A stretch of 64,000 nt of DNA, taken from Candidatus Fermentibacterota bacterium (GTDB lineage Bacteria > Fermentibacterota > Fermentibacteria > Fermentibacterales > JCC-6). The notes beneath the pieces were generated by a model, which saw nothing but the letters and a program-made list of their open reading frames with translations, searched no databases and had not been told where the DNA came from. Shown piece after piece: positions 62,745-64,000 of the stretch; position 1 is the first letter of the stretch; each line of letters starts with the position of its first letter. Location: contig CAWJQI010000004.1 of NCBI GenBank assembly GCA_963845085.1, positions 416,001 to 480,000 on the forward strand, in the 5' to 3' direction. The position numbers and the translations under genes are program-made.

Positions 62745-63676
62745 TTACGTACGGCCATCCTGAAGTGCTCGATCGTGGGTTTCAAACCCTCTTCAAGGCT
62801 GACGACCGGCTCCCAGCCCAGCACCTCCTTCGCACGAGAGATGTCAGGTCTTCTGATCTTGGGATCGTCGAGAGGGAGCGGCTCGAAACGAATGCCTCCA
62901 CCCGCGCCCACAGCCTTCTGGATGAGTCTGGCGAACGAGACGATGGTCATCTCGTCGGGATTGCCGATGTTCACCGGCTCGTGGAAACCGCTTTCCATGA
63001 GCCTGATCAGGCCGCTCACGGTGTCGGAAACGAAACAGAAGCTGCGCGTCTGAGTTCCGTCGCCGAACACGGTAAGGTCATCGCCGCGGAGAGCCTGGCA
63101 AATGAAGGAGGGAACGACCCGTCCGTCGTCAGCCCTCATTCTCGGGCCGTAGGTGTTGAATATCCGTGCCACCCTTGTATCAACTCCGTGGTAGCGGTGA
63201 TAGGCAAAAACAAGGGCTTCAGCGAAACGCTTCGCCTCGTCGTAGACTCCGCGGGGTCCCACAGGGTTCACGTTTCCCCAGTAGGATTCAGGCTGTGGAT
63301 GGACCAACGGATCGCCGTACACCTCGCTTGTGGATGCGAGAAGAATCCGGGCCTTTTTTTCACGGGCCAGCCCGAGGGCCTTGTGGGTTCCCAGCGCACC
63401 GACTTTCAGGGTCTGGATCGGGTATGCAAGGTAGTCGACCGGGCTTGCAGGCGACGCAAGGTGGAAGATGTAGTCGAACCCGCCTTGAAGATAGATGTAC
63501 TCGGTCACATCGTGCCTGATGAAACTGAAATCGCCCCTGCCCGACAGATGGGCGATGTTGTCAGTGTTTCCGGTAATGAGGTTGTCAAGGGCGACAACAG
63601 AATGACCGCTCTCAAGAAGCCTCTCGCATAGATGGCTTCCAATGAAGCCAGCCCCGCCGGTGACAAGAATTCTCAT
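62741..63676 (-). CDS. UDP-glucuronate decarboxylase (UDP-xylose synthase) family SDR
   Basis: [32 protein letters not shown]. Confidence 0.92.
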   Translation of the reverse strand: MRILVTGGAGFIGSHLCERLLESGHSVVALDNLITGNTDNIAHLSGRGDFSFIRHDVTEYIYLQGGFDYIFHLASPASPVDYLAYPIQTLKVGALGTHKALGLAREKKARILLASTSEVYGDPLVHPQPESYWGNVNPVGPRGVYDEAKRFAEALVFAYHRYHGVDTRVARIFNTYGPRMRADDGRVVPSFICQALRGDDLTVFGDGTQTRSFCFVSDTVSGLIRLMESGFHEPVNIGNPDEMTIVSFARLIQKAVGAGGGIRFEPLPLDDPKIRRPDISRAKEVLGWEPVVSLEEGLKPTIEHFRMAVRK

Positions 63677-64000
63677 TCCGAGACCGCCCCCCTCGATTTT
63701 CCAAGCCTGTCATGATACATGCGTCTGTAATACTCCCGGAACTCACCGGACTTGATCGCCTCCCACCATGCTCGATGGGTGCGGTACCAGTCCGCCGTGG
63801 CTTTGATCCCCTCCTCGAAACTCATCAAAGGCTTCCAGCCGGTCTCCCGAAGTATCTTGCCAATGTCGAGCGCATAGCGCCGGTCATGGCCGGGCCTGTC
63901 CTCGATGAATCTAATCAGATCGGCACCCGCACCAAGCGAATCAAGTACGGCGTGCGTAACTTCAAGGTTGGACTTCTCGAATCCCCCCCCGATATTGTAG
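63673..64000 (-). CDS. rfbB: dTDP-glucose 4,6-dehydratase, 3' part (runs off the window edge)
   Basis: Manual translation: [36 protein letters not shown] overlap with the next gene. Confidence 0.9.
   Translation of the reverse strand, partial: YNIGGGFEKSNLEVTHAVLDSLGAGADLIRFIEDRPGHDRRYALDIGKILRETGWKPLMSFEEGIKATADWYRTHRAWWEAIKSGEFREYYRRMYHDRLGKSRGAVSE

Overview
GC-rich bacterial chromosome segment. T9SS-type C-terminal domains, FG-GAP proteins beginning QTDWSxGPG and a C-terminal (T/S)WxGxK tail suggest an FCB-group lineage such as Ca. Fermentibacterota; this is inference, not a database result. The core is the minus-strand translation/transcription cluster tRNA-Thr/Tyr/Gly/Thr-tuf-rpmG-tRNA-Trp-secE-nusG-rplKAJL-rpoBC-rpsL-rpsG. 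It ends in a terminator, and the nearest EF-G gene lies about 15 kb further on, beyond an accessory block: divergent DOMON paralogs with a beta-barrel and flavoproteins, a radical SAM/SPASM enzyme, an OFA MFS transporter, a sulfatase-like lipoprotein, a fragmented FG-GAP/T9SS gene, and ArsR with an unannotated Cys-rich 55-aa protein. The right half holds an ABC exporter, glycosyltransferases, a TPR-barrel gene, uppP, aspartokinase, tldD/E, a CCA-adding enzyme, a phoBR-porin-pstSCAB-phoU locus with a Pho-box-like array, and the end of an rfbB/uxs/wza/wzc-like polysaccharide operon. The most striking observation is a ~200-aa insertion in the RNA polymerase beta' trigger-loop (SI3) region that resembles a catalytically degenerate STAND/AAA_16 P-loop domain. 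Several isolated single-base frameshifts may be assembly errors.
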